DNA of 64,000 nucleotides from Mobula hypostoma (lineage: Eukaryota). The stretch is from positions 98,892,001-98,956,000 of the forward strand of contig NC_086108.1 in the NCBI RefSeq assembly GCF_963921235.1. The letters are read 5' to 3'. Made by a program: the position numbers and the translations under genes. The number at the start of each line of letters is the position of its first letter. Within the stretch, counting starts at the first letter, position 1. Of this stretch, positions 13,629-26,314 are shown in pieces. The notes under the pieces were generated by a model that searched no databases, was not told the DNA's origin, and worked only from the letters and a program-made list of their open reading frames with translations.

Positions 13629-14545
13629 AACTGAAGGAAGAGTGAGTAAGGGATTTGAAAGCTGGAGGGGGAGGGGGAGATGCAAAATGATAGGAGAAGA
13701 CAGGAGGGGGAGGGATGGAGCCGAGAGCTGGACAGGTGATAGGCAGAAGGGGATACGAGAGGATCATGGGACAGGAGGTCCGGGAAGAAAGACGGGGGGG
13801 GGGGGTGACCCAGAGGATGGGCAAGAGGTATATTCAGAGGGACAGAGGGAGAAAAAGGAGAGTGAGAGAAAGATCCCTTACCATCCCTTACCACCATTCA
13901 GGGCCCCAAACAGTCCTTCCAGGTGAGGCATCACTTCACCTGTGAGTCGACTGGGGTGATATACTGCGTCCGGTGCTCCCGATGTGGCCTTTTATACATT
14001 GGTGAGACCCGACGCAGACTGGGAGACCGCTTTGCTGAACATCTACGCTCTGTCCGCCAGAGAAAGCAGGATCTCCCAGTGGCCACACATTTTAATTCCA
14101 CATCCCATTCCCATTCTGACATGTCTATCCACGGCGGCCTCTACTGTAAAGATGAAGCCACACTCAGGTTGGAGGAACAACACCTTATATTCCGTATGGG
14201 TAGCCTCCAACCTGATGGCATGAACATTGACTTCTCTAACTTCCGCTAGGCCCCACCTCCCACTCGTACCCCATCTGTTACTCTTTTTAATGCACACATT
14301 CTTTCTCTCACTCTCCTTTTTCTCCCTCTGTCCCTCTGAATATACCTCTTGCCCATCCTCTGGGTCAACCCCCCCCCCCCGTCTTTCTTCCCGGACCTCC
14401 TGTCCCATGATCCTCTCATATCCCCTTCTGCCTATCACCTGTCCAGCTCTCGGCTCCATCCCTCCCCCTCCTGTCTTCTCCTATCATTTTGCATCTCCCC
14501 CTCCCCCTCCAGCTTTCAAATCCCTTACTCACTCTTCCTTCAGTT

Positions 14546-14581
14546 AGTCCTGACGAAGGGTCTCGGCCTGAAACGTCGACT
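14546..14581 (+). ncRNA. Minimal type-I hammerhead ribozyme (inverted arm)
   Basis: AGTC-CTGACGA-AGGGTCTCGGCCT-GAAAC-GTC-GACT. Predicted cleavage after 14577. Confidence 0.82.
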
Positions 14582-15049
14582 GCGCCTCTTCCTATAGATG
14601 CTGCCTGGCCTGCTGCGTTCACCAGCAACTTTGATGTATGTTACTAACATTCAAGGACCTGTTCTCAGTATTATTCATTTCCTTTAATTATTGATTATAC
14701 TTTGCACAGCTCTGTCTTCTTTTGCATATTCATTGTTCCTCAGCATGTGTGCAGATTTTCATTCACTCCATTGTATTTCTTTGTTCTACTGTGAATGCCT
14801 GCAAGAAAATGAATCTCAGGCAGGGTTGTGTATGGTGACATATATGTACTTTGATAATAAATTTACGTTGAACTTTGAAATTTACTCTCATTGTTTTCAA
14901 AGTGCAGTTTGAACAGCCTCAAATATTTTCCAGCTAGTTTCTCAATCTTTTAAAAAATGCCTCTCAACAAAGCATTAATAATATTGCTTTTGTTCCAATA
15001 ATTACACAAAACGTCAAAAAATAATTTTCAATTGAAAGCCTGTGACCAA

Positions 15050-15700
15050 TATTTTTCACAGGGATTGGCACTGTTATTCACATGTACAATTTGAATATGA
15101 ATGTAGGAGATACAATCATTAAGTTTACAGATGATATGGAAATTGAATGTTTAAAGAGACCTTCCAGCCGCATGCCCAGCAACCCTCTGACTTTAATCCT
15201 AGCCTAATCACGGGACAATTTACAATGACCACTTTAACTTACCAACCAGTCATGGGAGGAAACTGGAGCACCCAGAGGAAACCCACATGGTCACGGGGGA
15301 GAACGTACAAACACCTTACAAACAGTTGCAGGAAATGAACCCGGGTTGCTAGTACTGTAAAGCGTTGTGCGAACCATTATGCTATTGTGCCATCCGATAA
15401 AAACAGAGATAGTGAGGATCTGTTCTCCTACTGGAGCTGTCTATAACCAGAGGTTACAAGTTTAAGGTAAAGGTTAGGAGATTTAGAGGCAACATGAGGA
15501 AGATTGTTTTCTACCAAGAAATTGACTGAAATCTGAAATGCAATGTCTGAGAGTACAACATAGGCACATACTCGCATAACATTTAATGAATATTTAGAGA
15601 AGTACTTGAAATGCCAGAGAAAAGAACTTTGGTAAGGATAGGCACATGCTGGATGGCACGGACGCAGTGGGACATAGGGTCTACTTCCACATTCCCATCC
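15050..15700. mobile_element. Old CR1 remnant (+) with an inserted V-SINE (~15160-15395, minus)
   Basis: Decayed 'KFTDD' and 'TRGY..KVK' CR1 pieces. The V-domain 'tgtacgttctcccccgtgaccatgtgggtttcctctgggtgctccagtttcctcc' is on the minus strand. Confidence 0.6.
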
Positions 15701-16589
15701 ATCACTAAGACCCATCCAAGAGAAGATAAACTTACAGAAGTGGTCAATGAGGAAGGAAGAAAAGCACAACGTTTCTCAACCATTATAAAAACTGTGTAAT
15801 GAATTTTAAAAGATATAAGAGGCAATAAATTTAAAGAGAAACAAGAAACTGTAAACTAAAGACACTACATTTATAATCAATGCAGATTTATAATCAGTTT
15901 TACTTTAATGATAAAATCTAAAATGTTATTGACATCTATGCCGTGCCAGATTGCATGCTCCAATGATTACCAGAGGTTCTGCTGGCTGCCACTGTAGATT
16001 CAACCATGTTAGATTGGTCTGGCAAATGGCCAGACAAAACAGACACCCTGCCGCTTCAGGGTGGGATTTATACTTCAGACTAACAACTCAGTACAGACCA
16101 ACAAGAAATATGGAAATATTGGCAGAAAAATCAACTATTTTTGAGTGTTATGGTCTCTTCCAAAGGGGTAGAAGTGGAAGAGCTTTGTCATTGTACTTGC
16201 TCTGTATGCCAGAGGCCTAATCAGTCATGAAGAAAGAAAATTCTCCCTCATGGGTTGCAGGCTAGAAATAATACAATGGCGCAATGCAATAAATGAAACA
16301 TATAATTTTGTCTCTTTAAATAAAATATCAGAGTGGAGGAAGAAGAAAAATGAGCAACAGGTCTGTCTTCTTTTATACCTCCTGGCAACCTGTCAAAGTG
16401 CAAAATTAGCCAAACCCTACGAGTATCATTCTGACCTGTTCTATCAAACAGGAAATGAAATGTAATGAACACAATGTAATGTCATCACAGAATTTTAAAC
16501 CTTACTTGTCTATCAGATATGTAATATCCACTTGAGTCATTAATCTATACTAGAAATTACTATCCAAAAAGCATCAGCATGTATTTGGT

Positions 16590-17080
16590 TATAGGCCATA
16601 AGACCCTGATACATAGGAGCAGAATTAGGCCATTCGGCCCATCGAGCCTGCTCTGCTGTTTATTATCCCTCTCAACCTCTTCTCCTGCCTTCTCCCCATA
16701 ACCTTTGATGTCCTTACCAATCAAGAACTTCTCAACTGCTGCTTTAAATATACCTAAAGACCTGGTCTTAACAGCCAGCCTTAGCAATGAATTCTACAGA
16801 TTCACCATGCTATGGTCAAAAGATTTCCTCATCTCTGTTTAAGAGAGATGTCCTTGCATTCTGATGCTGTGCCCTCAGGTTCTAGACTCCCCCACTACAG
16901 GAAACATCCTCTCCATGTCCACTCTAAATAGACCTTTCAATATCCAATAGGTTTCAATGAGATCTCCCCCACACCCTTCTAAACTCCAGTGAGTTAAGGC
17001 CAGAGGCCTTAAACAATACTCATACGTTAACCCTTTTATTCCCGGGATCATTCTCCTGAACCTCCTCTGGATCTGCTCCA
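16590..17080 (-). mobile_element. CR1 LINE 3' fragment
   Basis: 'IQRRFRRMIPG...GDLIETY.ILKGL.RVD.ERMFP' on the minus strand plus a CR1 3' UTR. Confidence 0.8.
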
Positions 17081-17587
17081 ATTTTGAACAGACACTTTTG
17101 GTAGAACACAAAGCTCGTGACCTGAAACATTGATTCTTTATTCCTCTCCACAGAAGCTGCTTGACCTACTGAGTTCCTCCAGCATTTTGTGTGTGTTACT
17201 AAAACACAACTGTACATTTAAGATTGGACACCAATCTGTGGGGTTGCTAGCTACTGCTGAAGAGATAAAAAGGGCTGATCTATTTTGCGGTCAGCAGCAG
17301 ACTCGGCTTCTACGTAGGTCTTGCCAACTCACTGTTTAACTGCCATGTGATAAGAAATCACCCAGCTGGAATGTAAATAGGATAAGGATAGGTGGTGAAA
17401 GGCTGGCAGAGTAGCTCATTTCTTAAACAGCACATGCAAAGTAAAAACACTGTTTCTTGCTGCAGTTGTACAGAGGCTAGTTCACAATTTCATGTTTTAT
17501 GCAAAATACATCAGGCTTGTATTCTGAGCCCACCATTATGAAATAAAAAGATAATGTCAGAAACTACAAGCACAATGCAATGTTTAC

Positions 17588-17885
17588 CTGCCAGATCAGG
17601 ATCTTTCACAACAATATGTGCATTCAACTCTTGCAGCTCTTGGTGAAGCTCATCTAGTTTTTTATTTGACTTTTTTAACATATTTTCCACATATGCAAGA
17701 TTTTTCTTATCGGTTGTGACTTTCTTGAGGTTCTCTGCTCCTTCCTTAATTTTAAGTTCCTTTCGTATTTCTCGTTTAATTGAATCCTTGATTTCATCCA
17801 GTCTCTGTTGCACCATGGTGTCCGACAAATCCAAGTTCTGGCACAGGCCCAGGCACTCTGATACTGGATGACTTCGGCCGTCACC
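17588..17885 (-). CDS. PKN2: Serine/threonine-protein kinase N2 internal coding exon (HR1a Rho-binding domain; equivalent to human exon 2)
   Basis: Encodes [99 protein letters not shown], which I recognise as the PKN2 N-terminus. Acceptor ttcttcttttgcag|G (phase 0) and donor CAG|GTAAAC (phase 1); 298 bp. Confidence 0.95.
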
Positions 17886-20051
17886 CTGCAAAAGAAGAAT
17901 AATCATTGCATAGTAAGAAATTTTTCCTCCCAGCAAACCAACTTGTGTACAGAAATTAGAGCCTGTTTTCCAGACAAGCTTTCCATTATACCTAACCAGA
18001 TAAACCACTTGGCAATGCACTAAAACCACAACTGCACACAATATATTCAGCCCTCCAACAAAAGGGTCAGAACTTCAAACAAAATATAGTTAGAGGGGTA
18101 AACATTTATTGAAAGATAACAGAAGAAATGTTACAAGTGATCACACGCCAGTGTAAAAAGTTCAAATAAGCTGTTTCTTAATCCAAGAGAGTCCTTTGAA
18201 AGAACATAACTGGTCAAAATAAAAGAGTTTTTAATTAACCTACCATAAGGAAACCATCAAATACTCTATGTATAACTACAAAGAATCTATATATCAGCAT
18301 GGCTAAACTAAATCTTGCTCAAGCTAAAGATAGATGAGTAACTTGTGCAGCTGCTGGATTTGATGAAAAAAACAAGTGCTGAAAGTACTAAAAAATATAC
18401 CTGGTATCATCTGTGGCAAAACACATTTCACATCTGACAATGAATCATAGAAAGAAACGTTATCTTTATTTGTCACATGTACATCAAAACATACAGTGAA
18501 AAGTCATGTTTCACTGTATGTCATGACATTTTCTTTTCATGTCCTTTGTATCAAATCAGCGAGAATTGTGCTGGGACAATCCGCAGTTTCACCATGCTTT
18601 AAGGACCAAAATGTGCCCACAATTTACTAACTCTAACCATTATCTTGGGAACCTGGGAGGAAAATGGAGTTGGCTTTCAATACTTCAAACTAATCATTTG
18701 TAAGACAAAACACAGAGTAATAGCAGACCATTCCACTCTGAAAGATGAGCGCCAATACTTATCCATTTCATGCCCATAATTTAAATAATCTGAGCAAACT
18801 CCAAAAACCCTAACCCCAAATGATTAAGGAGAATAGATTTAAAAGATTCAAGACAATTGCACTTCTTGTACACAACTCAGAAAAATAAAAACTAAATCCA
18901 TCATCTAGACACATATATTCAATACTACAAGAGATGGAAACTCCAGAGCATACACTTTATATAACACTAAAATCTAGCTCTATTTTCTCATCTTCTCTAC
19001 TTCAGTGGACTTGAAAGACTATTTGCCTGATATCTATTTCTGGAGGAGACACAATTTCCTACAGCTAAATAGTAATGAAACTCCAGTCCACAATCCAATC
19101 TCCCTGCTAGGCAATTGTCTGAAACCAAATGACATGTGGAAAGCATGGCATCTCACCCTCAACTTCAGCTGAGTTTTCAAATTTACATTCTTTCCAGAAA
19201 TTCTTTCAACAGATGTGCTGCTAAAACTTTCTCCACATCTGACACCTTAACTCTCAACTGTTCCAATGCTCTCTCCACCTCCCAGTCATCTCTCTCCCGA
19301 AGTCTTAGATTATTTGCAATTCTTCTGCACATTTCCTAGTTTATACTAAACACTAGTCGTCACTCATAACTTCTGATCCACTTTGATCTGCAGAAGCTTC
19401 GAAGTTCAGATGCTGAACTTGATCTCCAAATAACTGATCCTTTTCAGTCCTCCAAGAACAGTATGTTCCTCCAGCTTTGACTTGAGCAACTCCCATTTTC
19501 TTTTCCATACAACTGGTGGGGCCATCTTCAGTTGCACTGGCCCTGTGCATTAGGATTCCCTCAGCAGCTTTCTCAGTTCATCTATCACCCTGAACAAATT
19601 TTTTAAAATAAGGTCAAATTATCTATACATTTACACCTGGTTAAGTTTTCATGAAACATCCCAACAGATATCTGTACACCCCTTCTAAGCTGCTTACTAT
19701 AGCAACCTGGAAATATACCACCATTCCTTCTTACTCCCGGGACATAGTTTCTGTAAGTCCTTTAACAATAGCTCTCTGGGAGTACTTTTATCAGAAGTAT
19801 TGTAATGGTTCAAGTTGACACACCATTTCAAGGGCAATACCAGATAACAAAAAAAATGCGTGTGTATTAATTAATTAAATGAATGCATGAATTAATACTG
19901 TTTTCCAAAGTTTCCCTTTGACTTGTCACCAATTTAATAACACAAGACATGCAGATCTATATTTCTACAGTGTCTTTCATAAATTTTTCAGTATGTCTTT
20001 AAGTAAATTACAACCACTTAATTAATTTCTCTATGTAATGACTTCTCCTTT

Positions 20052-20275
20052 GGGGCAGCACATTAGTGCAACAAAATTACAGCGCCAGCGACCGGAGTTC
20101 AGTTCAGTCCATAAGGAATTTGTACGTTCTCCTTGTGACTACGCGGGCTTCCTCCAGGCCCTCCAGTTTTCTCCCACATAAGGGTTAGTAGATTAGTTGG
20201 CTACTTGGGTGTAATTGAGCAGTGTGGGCTTGTTCAGCCAGAATGGCCTGCTACTGTGCTGCATCTCTAAATAAA
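20052..20275 (+). mobile_element. V-SINE (HE1-like)
   Basis: Decayed tRNA-like head, V-domain 'tgtacgttctccttgtgactacgcgggcttcctcc' and a CR1-like tail 'gaatggcctgctactgtgctgcatctctaaataaa'. Confidence 0.7.
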
Positions 20276-20696
20276 CAAAATTTCACATCTGTCATACAGG
20301 AAAATGGCAGCCGAATTGCAGAGAGTCAGTTCTGACAAAAGTAGAGAAATAGCCACCAGACTGGTTGGGTAGTTCTGACCATATCATTTGAATGAACTGT
20401 GAATAAGTACCCAGCTCTGCTTCAAAGTATGCAACTTCATTTGTATAAGTGGAGTGGAACTTCATCTCATCCAAAATATAATGCACCATTAGAGGAATAT
20501 TGAAGGAATCCTGCTGAGTGTTAGCCTAGATTTCTAATATTTAAGCTGAACACAGACCCTTCATGATACAGCACTGGAATGTCATCAGCTGAATCAAACT
20601 TGATACATACTATCAAACTGTTCAACATTTCAAAGTTCAAAGTCAAAAGTAAATTTATTATCAAAGTACGTATATATCACTATATACAAGCCTGAG

Positions 20697-20887
20697 CAAC
20701 ACACATCAAAGTTGCTGGTGAACGCAGCAGGCCAAGCAGCATCTGTAGGAAGAGGTGCAGTCGACGTTTCAGGCCGAGACCCTTCGTCAGGACTCAGATG
20801 TTGCTTGGCCTGCTGCGTTCACCAGCAACTTTGATGTGTGTTGCTTGAATTTCCAGCATCTGCAGAATTCCTGTTGTTTGCGTTTAA
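20697..20887. mobile_element. Miniature fold-back Penelope derivative with an intact hammerhead (20759-20794, minus)
   Basis: 13-bp TSD atacaagcctgag (20684-20696, 20888-20900). ~48-bp inverted arms (20697-20744, 20796-20843). All sequence is pLTR-derived. Confidence 0.88.
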
Positions 20888-21199
20888 ATACAAGCCTGAG
20901 ATTCATTTTCTTGTCAATAAATCCATCATAAAATAATAACCATAATAGAATCAATGAAAGACCACACAAAACTTGCAGGTTCAACCAGTATGCAAAAGAC
21001 AACAAACTATGCAAATACAAAAAGAAAGAAATTATAATAAATAAGTAATAAATATCAAGAACATGAGATGAAAGTGAGTCCATGGGTTGCACGAGCATTT
21101 CAATGATGGGGAAAAAAGGTGGAGGTTTGTGTTTCATGATAATCTCTTGATGGCGCTTCGAGACAGCAGTTTTGTTGAAATAGTGTTCCCTGACCTTGA

Positions 21200-21640
21200 A
21201 ACCTAACGGTCAAATGCTGTCTATTTCATCTCCACAATCTCCATCAGCAAGGGTGCACCTCAAGGTTGTGTGCTTAGCTTCCTGCTCTACTCGCTTTACA
21301 CTTACGACTGAGCTAAGCACAGCTTCAACGCCACATTCAAGTTTGCTGATGACACCACTGTTGTGGGCCAAATCAAAGGTGATGACGAATCTGCATATAG
21401 GAGGGTGATTGAAAATCTGTCTGAGTGGTGCCACAGCAACAACCTCTTACTCAATGTCAGCAAGAACAAGGAGCTGATTATTGACTTCAGGAGGAGAAAA
21501 CCTGAGGTTCGTGAGCACTGAAGCATCAGAGGTGGAGAAGGTCAGCAACTTTAAATTCCTTGGTGTCATCATTTCAGAGGAGCAGTCCTGGGCCTAGCAC
21601 ATTATGAAGAAAGTACTGGAGTGCCACTGCTTTCTGCCTC
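21200..21640 (+). mobile_element. Decayed Rex1/L2-type LINE RT fragment
   Basis: 'GAPQGCVLS.LLYSLYTYD...KFADDT...WC..NNL.LNVSK.KE' remnants. Confidence 0.7.
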
Positions 21641-23389
21641 GCTTCTAGCTATGGAGATGAACTTTTGACTGCTTAAAGGTGCCACACCTTAACTGGTGCT
21701 TCACAATGGACAGCAAAGAAACAGAATTTGTATGTTAAAAAGATCTTATCAGAATAAAAATGGAGTTTACAAAGCAAGTTGTCAGGTATCAGCTTCTAAC
21801 AAAGAGTTTAAATATATATATATTTATATGGCATCTCTTGTAACTACTGATGTCACAACTAAAGGAATATTTCTGAAGCGTAAACAGCTGAAAGCATAGA
21901 AATGTAGCAGCTAAATTGTACCAGATGGTCTCTCAAATAGTAATGAAGTAAATGACCAGATGTATTTTAATGACGTTGTTTGCAGGATAAAGATCTAGAG
22001 AAAAGTGAATTGGGCCAGTATATGATGAGTTTGGCCAAGAAAAAGATTCAGAGCTAAGAAGACATTGTGAAGAAGGCTGGGAGAGTATTCATACAGACTT
22101 ATAGACAATTTTAAATTTGAAGTGCTAGAACATAGAACAGTACAACTCAGGAACATAGACAAAAAGACACGTGGGCAAGCTGTAATGTAGGTTTACTGCC
22201 TCCAAGTACTTTGATACTTACAAAAAACAGAAGCAGAAATTCAGCTGATGTAATGAACAAGCAGATAATTGTCACACTGGGTGCAAGGTGCCAAACACAC
22301 ACTAACTGGTGAAAAGCAGTGTAATTAGCAGGGGATAGAGATATGATGACTTAATTTACCCAACTACATATTTTTGGTTCTGAACTTGACTGCCGGGAAG
22401 AGCCTCTGGACAAACAAATCATTACATTGCCAAGATAACTGCTTAAATATGTATTGATACACACTAAATTCTAATGGTGCTTTCTTGACCATTGTTCAGT
22501 TGAGTCCTCCCCACATGAGTTACTGTATTAAGAGGCAGCTTCTTCCAATTATCTCTCAGCTTTAAGTGTTGGTGTATTTATTCTTCCTCATTTCATAATG
22601 GTAGGTCAAGGTGAAGTGGCATTTGTTACTATTACTCATCTTACAGTATAATAATCCTTATTATGGCACACTCTGCAACATACACAGCAAGTTATGATCA
22701 ATTCTGTTCTGCATTCACTTTGTTTAGATTATACAGCAGTTTTAGATTCTTAATCTGCTTGCATAGCTGGCTCAAACTTGCAACCTATTTGCAAATCTGC
22801 CTACAGAAATTTTGATATTAGAGAACTGTTTTGTTGGAGAAGGGACAGGCATGTTGATGACTCAGAGCACAATGCTAAAAGGGACAACTTGTATGGCATG
22901 AGCAAGATGAAAGGCTGTCATGTAAATAACCTAATAAAAAGTCATCAAATGATTCTTCATTATGCAAAATTTGTGCATTGATACCAGAAGACAACTTGTA
23001 CTTGTGGGTATGCTTGACTCACTAAAGTGATGTGCATAGTTTACTGTAGCAATAACTCACCCAACAGCTGAAGGCTCTTCCTCAACAATGCACAACACAG
23101 AAGTTTGACAGAATATTCTCCAATCGGCTGGGTGAAGGGAGCCCCAGCATTTATAGAGCAGCCTACAATCACCCAGAACATAGTTAAATAGAATAGTACA
23201 GCACTTTACAGGCAGGGAAGTGGAAAGCGGCCAGTGAGTGAGTGGGCCAGTGAAGGAGTGGAGCTTTGAGGCTTTGACTCAAGAGATTCTGGCAGTTTTG
23301 GCAGTTGGTCAGTGCAATCAAGTCAATCAAGACTTGAATAAATCAGCAGAAAGCAACTGATATTGATTGGCACCTGATTAGTTCCAAGT

Positions 23390-25740
23390 GTTTAGATGGG
23401 GCAGAGTTTGTTAAAAGTGTCCAGGACGGATTCCTGTCACAGTATGTGGACAGGCCGACTGGGGGAATACCATACTAGATCTAGTACTAGGTAATGAACC
23501 GGGTCAGGTCACAGATCTCTCCGTGGGTAAGCATCTGGGGGACAGTGACCACTGCTCCCTGGCCTTTAGCGTTATCATGGAAAAGGACAGAATCAGAGAG
23601 GACAGGAAAATTTTTAATTGGGGAAGGGCAAATTATGAGGCTATAAGGCTAGAACTTGCGGGTATGAATTGGGATGATGTTCTTGCAGGGAAATGTACCA
23701 TGGACATGTGGTCGATGTTTAGCGATCTCTTGCAGGATGTTAGGGATAAATTTGTCCCAGTGAGGAAGATAAAGAATGGTAGGGTGAAGGAACCATGGGT
23801 GACAAGTGAGGTGGAAAATCTAGTCAGGTGGAAGAAGGCAGCATACACGAGGTTTAGGAAGCAAGCATCAGATGGGTCTATTGAGGATTATGGGGAAGCA
23901 AGAAAGGAGCTTTAAGAAGGGGTTGAGAAGAGCAAGAAGGGGGCATGAGAAGGCCTTGGCGAGTAGGGTAAAGGAAAACCCCAAGGCATTCTTCAATTAT
24001 GTGAAGAACAAAAGGATGACAGGAGTGAAGGTAGGACTGATTAGAGATAAAGGTGGGAAGATGTGCCTGGAAGCTATGGAAGTGAGTGAGGTCCTCAATG
24101 AATACTTCTCTTCGGTATTCACCAATGAGAGGAAACTTGATGGTGAGGACAATATGGGTGAGATTGATGTTCTGGAGCATGTTGATATTAAGGGAAAGGA
24201 GGTGTTGGAGTTGTTAAAATACATTAGGATGGATAAGTCCCTGGGGCCTGACAGAATATTCCCCAGGCTGTTCCATGAGGCGAGGGAAGAGATTGCTGAG
24301 CCTCTGGCTAGTATCTTTATGTCCTCGTGGTCCACGGGAATGGTATCGGAGGATTGGAGGGAGGCGAATATTGTCCCCTTGTTCAAAAATGGTAGTAGGG
24401 ATAGTCCGGGTAATTATAGACCAGTCAGCCTTATGTCTGTGGTGGGAAAGCTGTTGGAAAAGATTCTTAGAGATAGGATCTATGGGCATTTAGAGAATCA
24501 TGATCTGATCAGGGACAGTCAGCATGGCTTTGTGAAGGGCAGATCGTGTCTAACAAGCCTGATAGAGTTCTTTGAGGAGGTGGCCAGGCATATAGATGAG
24601 GGTAGTGCATTAGATGTGATCTATATGGATTTTAGTAAGGCATTTGACAAGGTTCCACATGGTAGGCTTATTCAGAAAGTCAGAAGGCATGGGATCCAGG
24701 GAAGTTTGGCCAGATGAATTCAGAATTGGCTTGCCTGCAGAAAGCAGAGGGTCATGGTGGAGGGAGTACATTCAGATTGGAGGGTTGTGAATAGAGGTGT
24801 CCCACAAGGATCTGTTCTGAAACCTCTGCTTTTTGTGATTTTTATTAACGACCTGGATGTGGGGGTAGAAGGGTGGGTTGGCAAGTTTGCAGACGACACA
24901 AAGGTTGGTGGTGTTGTAGATAGTGTAGAGGATTGTCGAAGATTGCAGAGAGACATTGATAGGATGTAGAAGTGGGCTGAGAAGTGGCAGATGGAGTTCA
25001 ACCCGGAGAAGTGCGAGGTGGTACACTTCGGAAGGACAAACTCCAAGGCAGAGTACAAAAGTAAATGGCAGGATACTTGGTAGTGTGGAGGAGCAGAGGG
25101 TTCTGGGGGTACATGTCCACAGATCCCTGAAAGTTGCCTCACAAGTAGCTAGGGTAGTTAAGAAAGCTTATGGGGTGTTAGTTTTCATAAGTCGAGGTAT
25201 AGCGTTTAAGAGTGGAGATGTAATGATGCAGCTCTATAAAACTCTGGTTAGGCCACACTTGGAGTACTGTGTCCAGTTCTGGTCACCTCACTATAGGAAG
25301 GATGTGGAAGCATTGAAGAGGGTACAGAGGAGATTTACCAGGATGCTGCCTGGTTTAGAGAGTATGCATTATGATCAGAGATTAAGGGAGCTGGGGCTTT
25401 ATTCTTTGGAGAGGAGGAGAATGAGAGGAGACATGATAGAGGTGTACAAGATAATAAGAGGAATAGATAGAGTGGATAGCCAGCACCTCTTCCCCAGGGC
25501 ACTACTGCTCGATACAAGAGGACATGGCTTTAAGGTAAGGGGTGGGAAGTTCAAGGGGGATATTAGAGGAAAGTTTTTTACTCAGAGAGTGGTTGGAGCG
25601 TGGAATGCACTGCCTGAGTCAGTGGTGGAGGCAGATACACTCGTGAAGTTTAAGGTACTACTAGACAGGTATATGGAGGAATTTAAGGTGGGGGATTATA
25701 TGGGAGGCAGGGTTTGAGGGTTGGCACAACTTTGTGGGAA
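23390..25740 (+). mobile_element. CR1 LINE, large ORF2 fragment with stops and frameshifts
   Basis: 'LGDSDH', 'NYRPVSL', 'DFSKAFDKVPH', 'GVPQGSVL', 'KFADDTK', 'VRPHLEYCVQFW', then the 3' end. Confidence 0.92.
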
Positions 25741-26314
25741 GTGGCAAAGTTGCTTACTTTGTCACCCCATTCACTACCCCAAATATCCATTCTTCTCACC
25801 TTTGGCTCGCTGTGCAAAGTCTAAAAAACATGCTACACCAGTTTGTCTTTGCTGATTGACAGTATGTTCAAAACCTGAATCTTCTACCATCAAGGAAGAC
25901 AAGGGTAGCAGCCATGTAGTAACACCAACATCTGCATACTTCTCCCCAAGCCGTACACCATCATGAGCTAGAAACACATTATTCCTTCATTGTCAGTGAG
26001 TCAAAATCCTGAACATACTGACCAACAACCAGGGAGGGAGTATCTTTATCAGGAACATTTACAGCAGTTCAGATTTCAAATTTAATTATTTATCCCATGC
26101 ACATCAAAACATGTCATTTGCTTTAATGAACAAGACAACCCAATAGAATGGAAAGCATTGCTGTCCACTCTGCCGCCAACATGGTATGCCCACAATGTCA
26201 ACAGAACAAGACACGCAAAAAGAAACCCAGCAACAGCAAAACAAGCCCCTTTCCCACCTTTCCACTCACCCACTCCAGGCCCCCCAATTTCCAGTCCTTC
26301 CCCAAAAACTATGA

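Larger units (their letters stand above)
9980..14642 (-). mobile_element. Penelope-like retroelement (Neptune-type), near full length, with direct pLTRs and an inverted 3' arm
   Basis: 14-bp TSD actaacattcaagg (9966-9979, 14643-14656). Direct repeats 9980-10358 and ~13494-13873. Inverted copy 13884-14642 of ~10018-10774. RT plus GIY-YIG ORF. Confidence 0.95.

Noticed and set aside
13246..13926. 226-aa plus-strand ORF and other antisense ORFs over the PLE and LTRs
   Set aside because: These are shadow frames in GC/purine-rich repeat sequence with no recognisable domains.
13923..14249. Independent GIY-YIG nuclease gene on the plus strand
   Set aside because: It is the inverted duplicate of the PLE 3' end and has no start context of its own.
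1..17587. PKN2 exon 3 (HR1b)
   Set aside because: I found no 'LDIELKVKQGAENM'-like sequence by eye. It probably lies beyond the window start.
17511..18041. Full 176-aa ORF as a standalone gene
   Set aside because: Only 17588-17885 resembles PKN2 and is bounded by splice sites. The flanks are intronic read-through.
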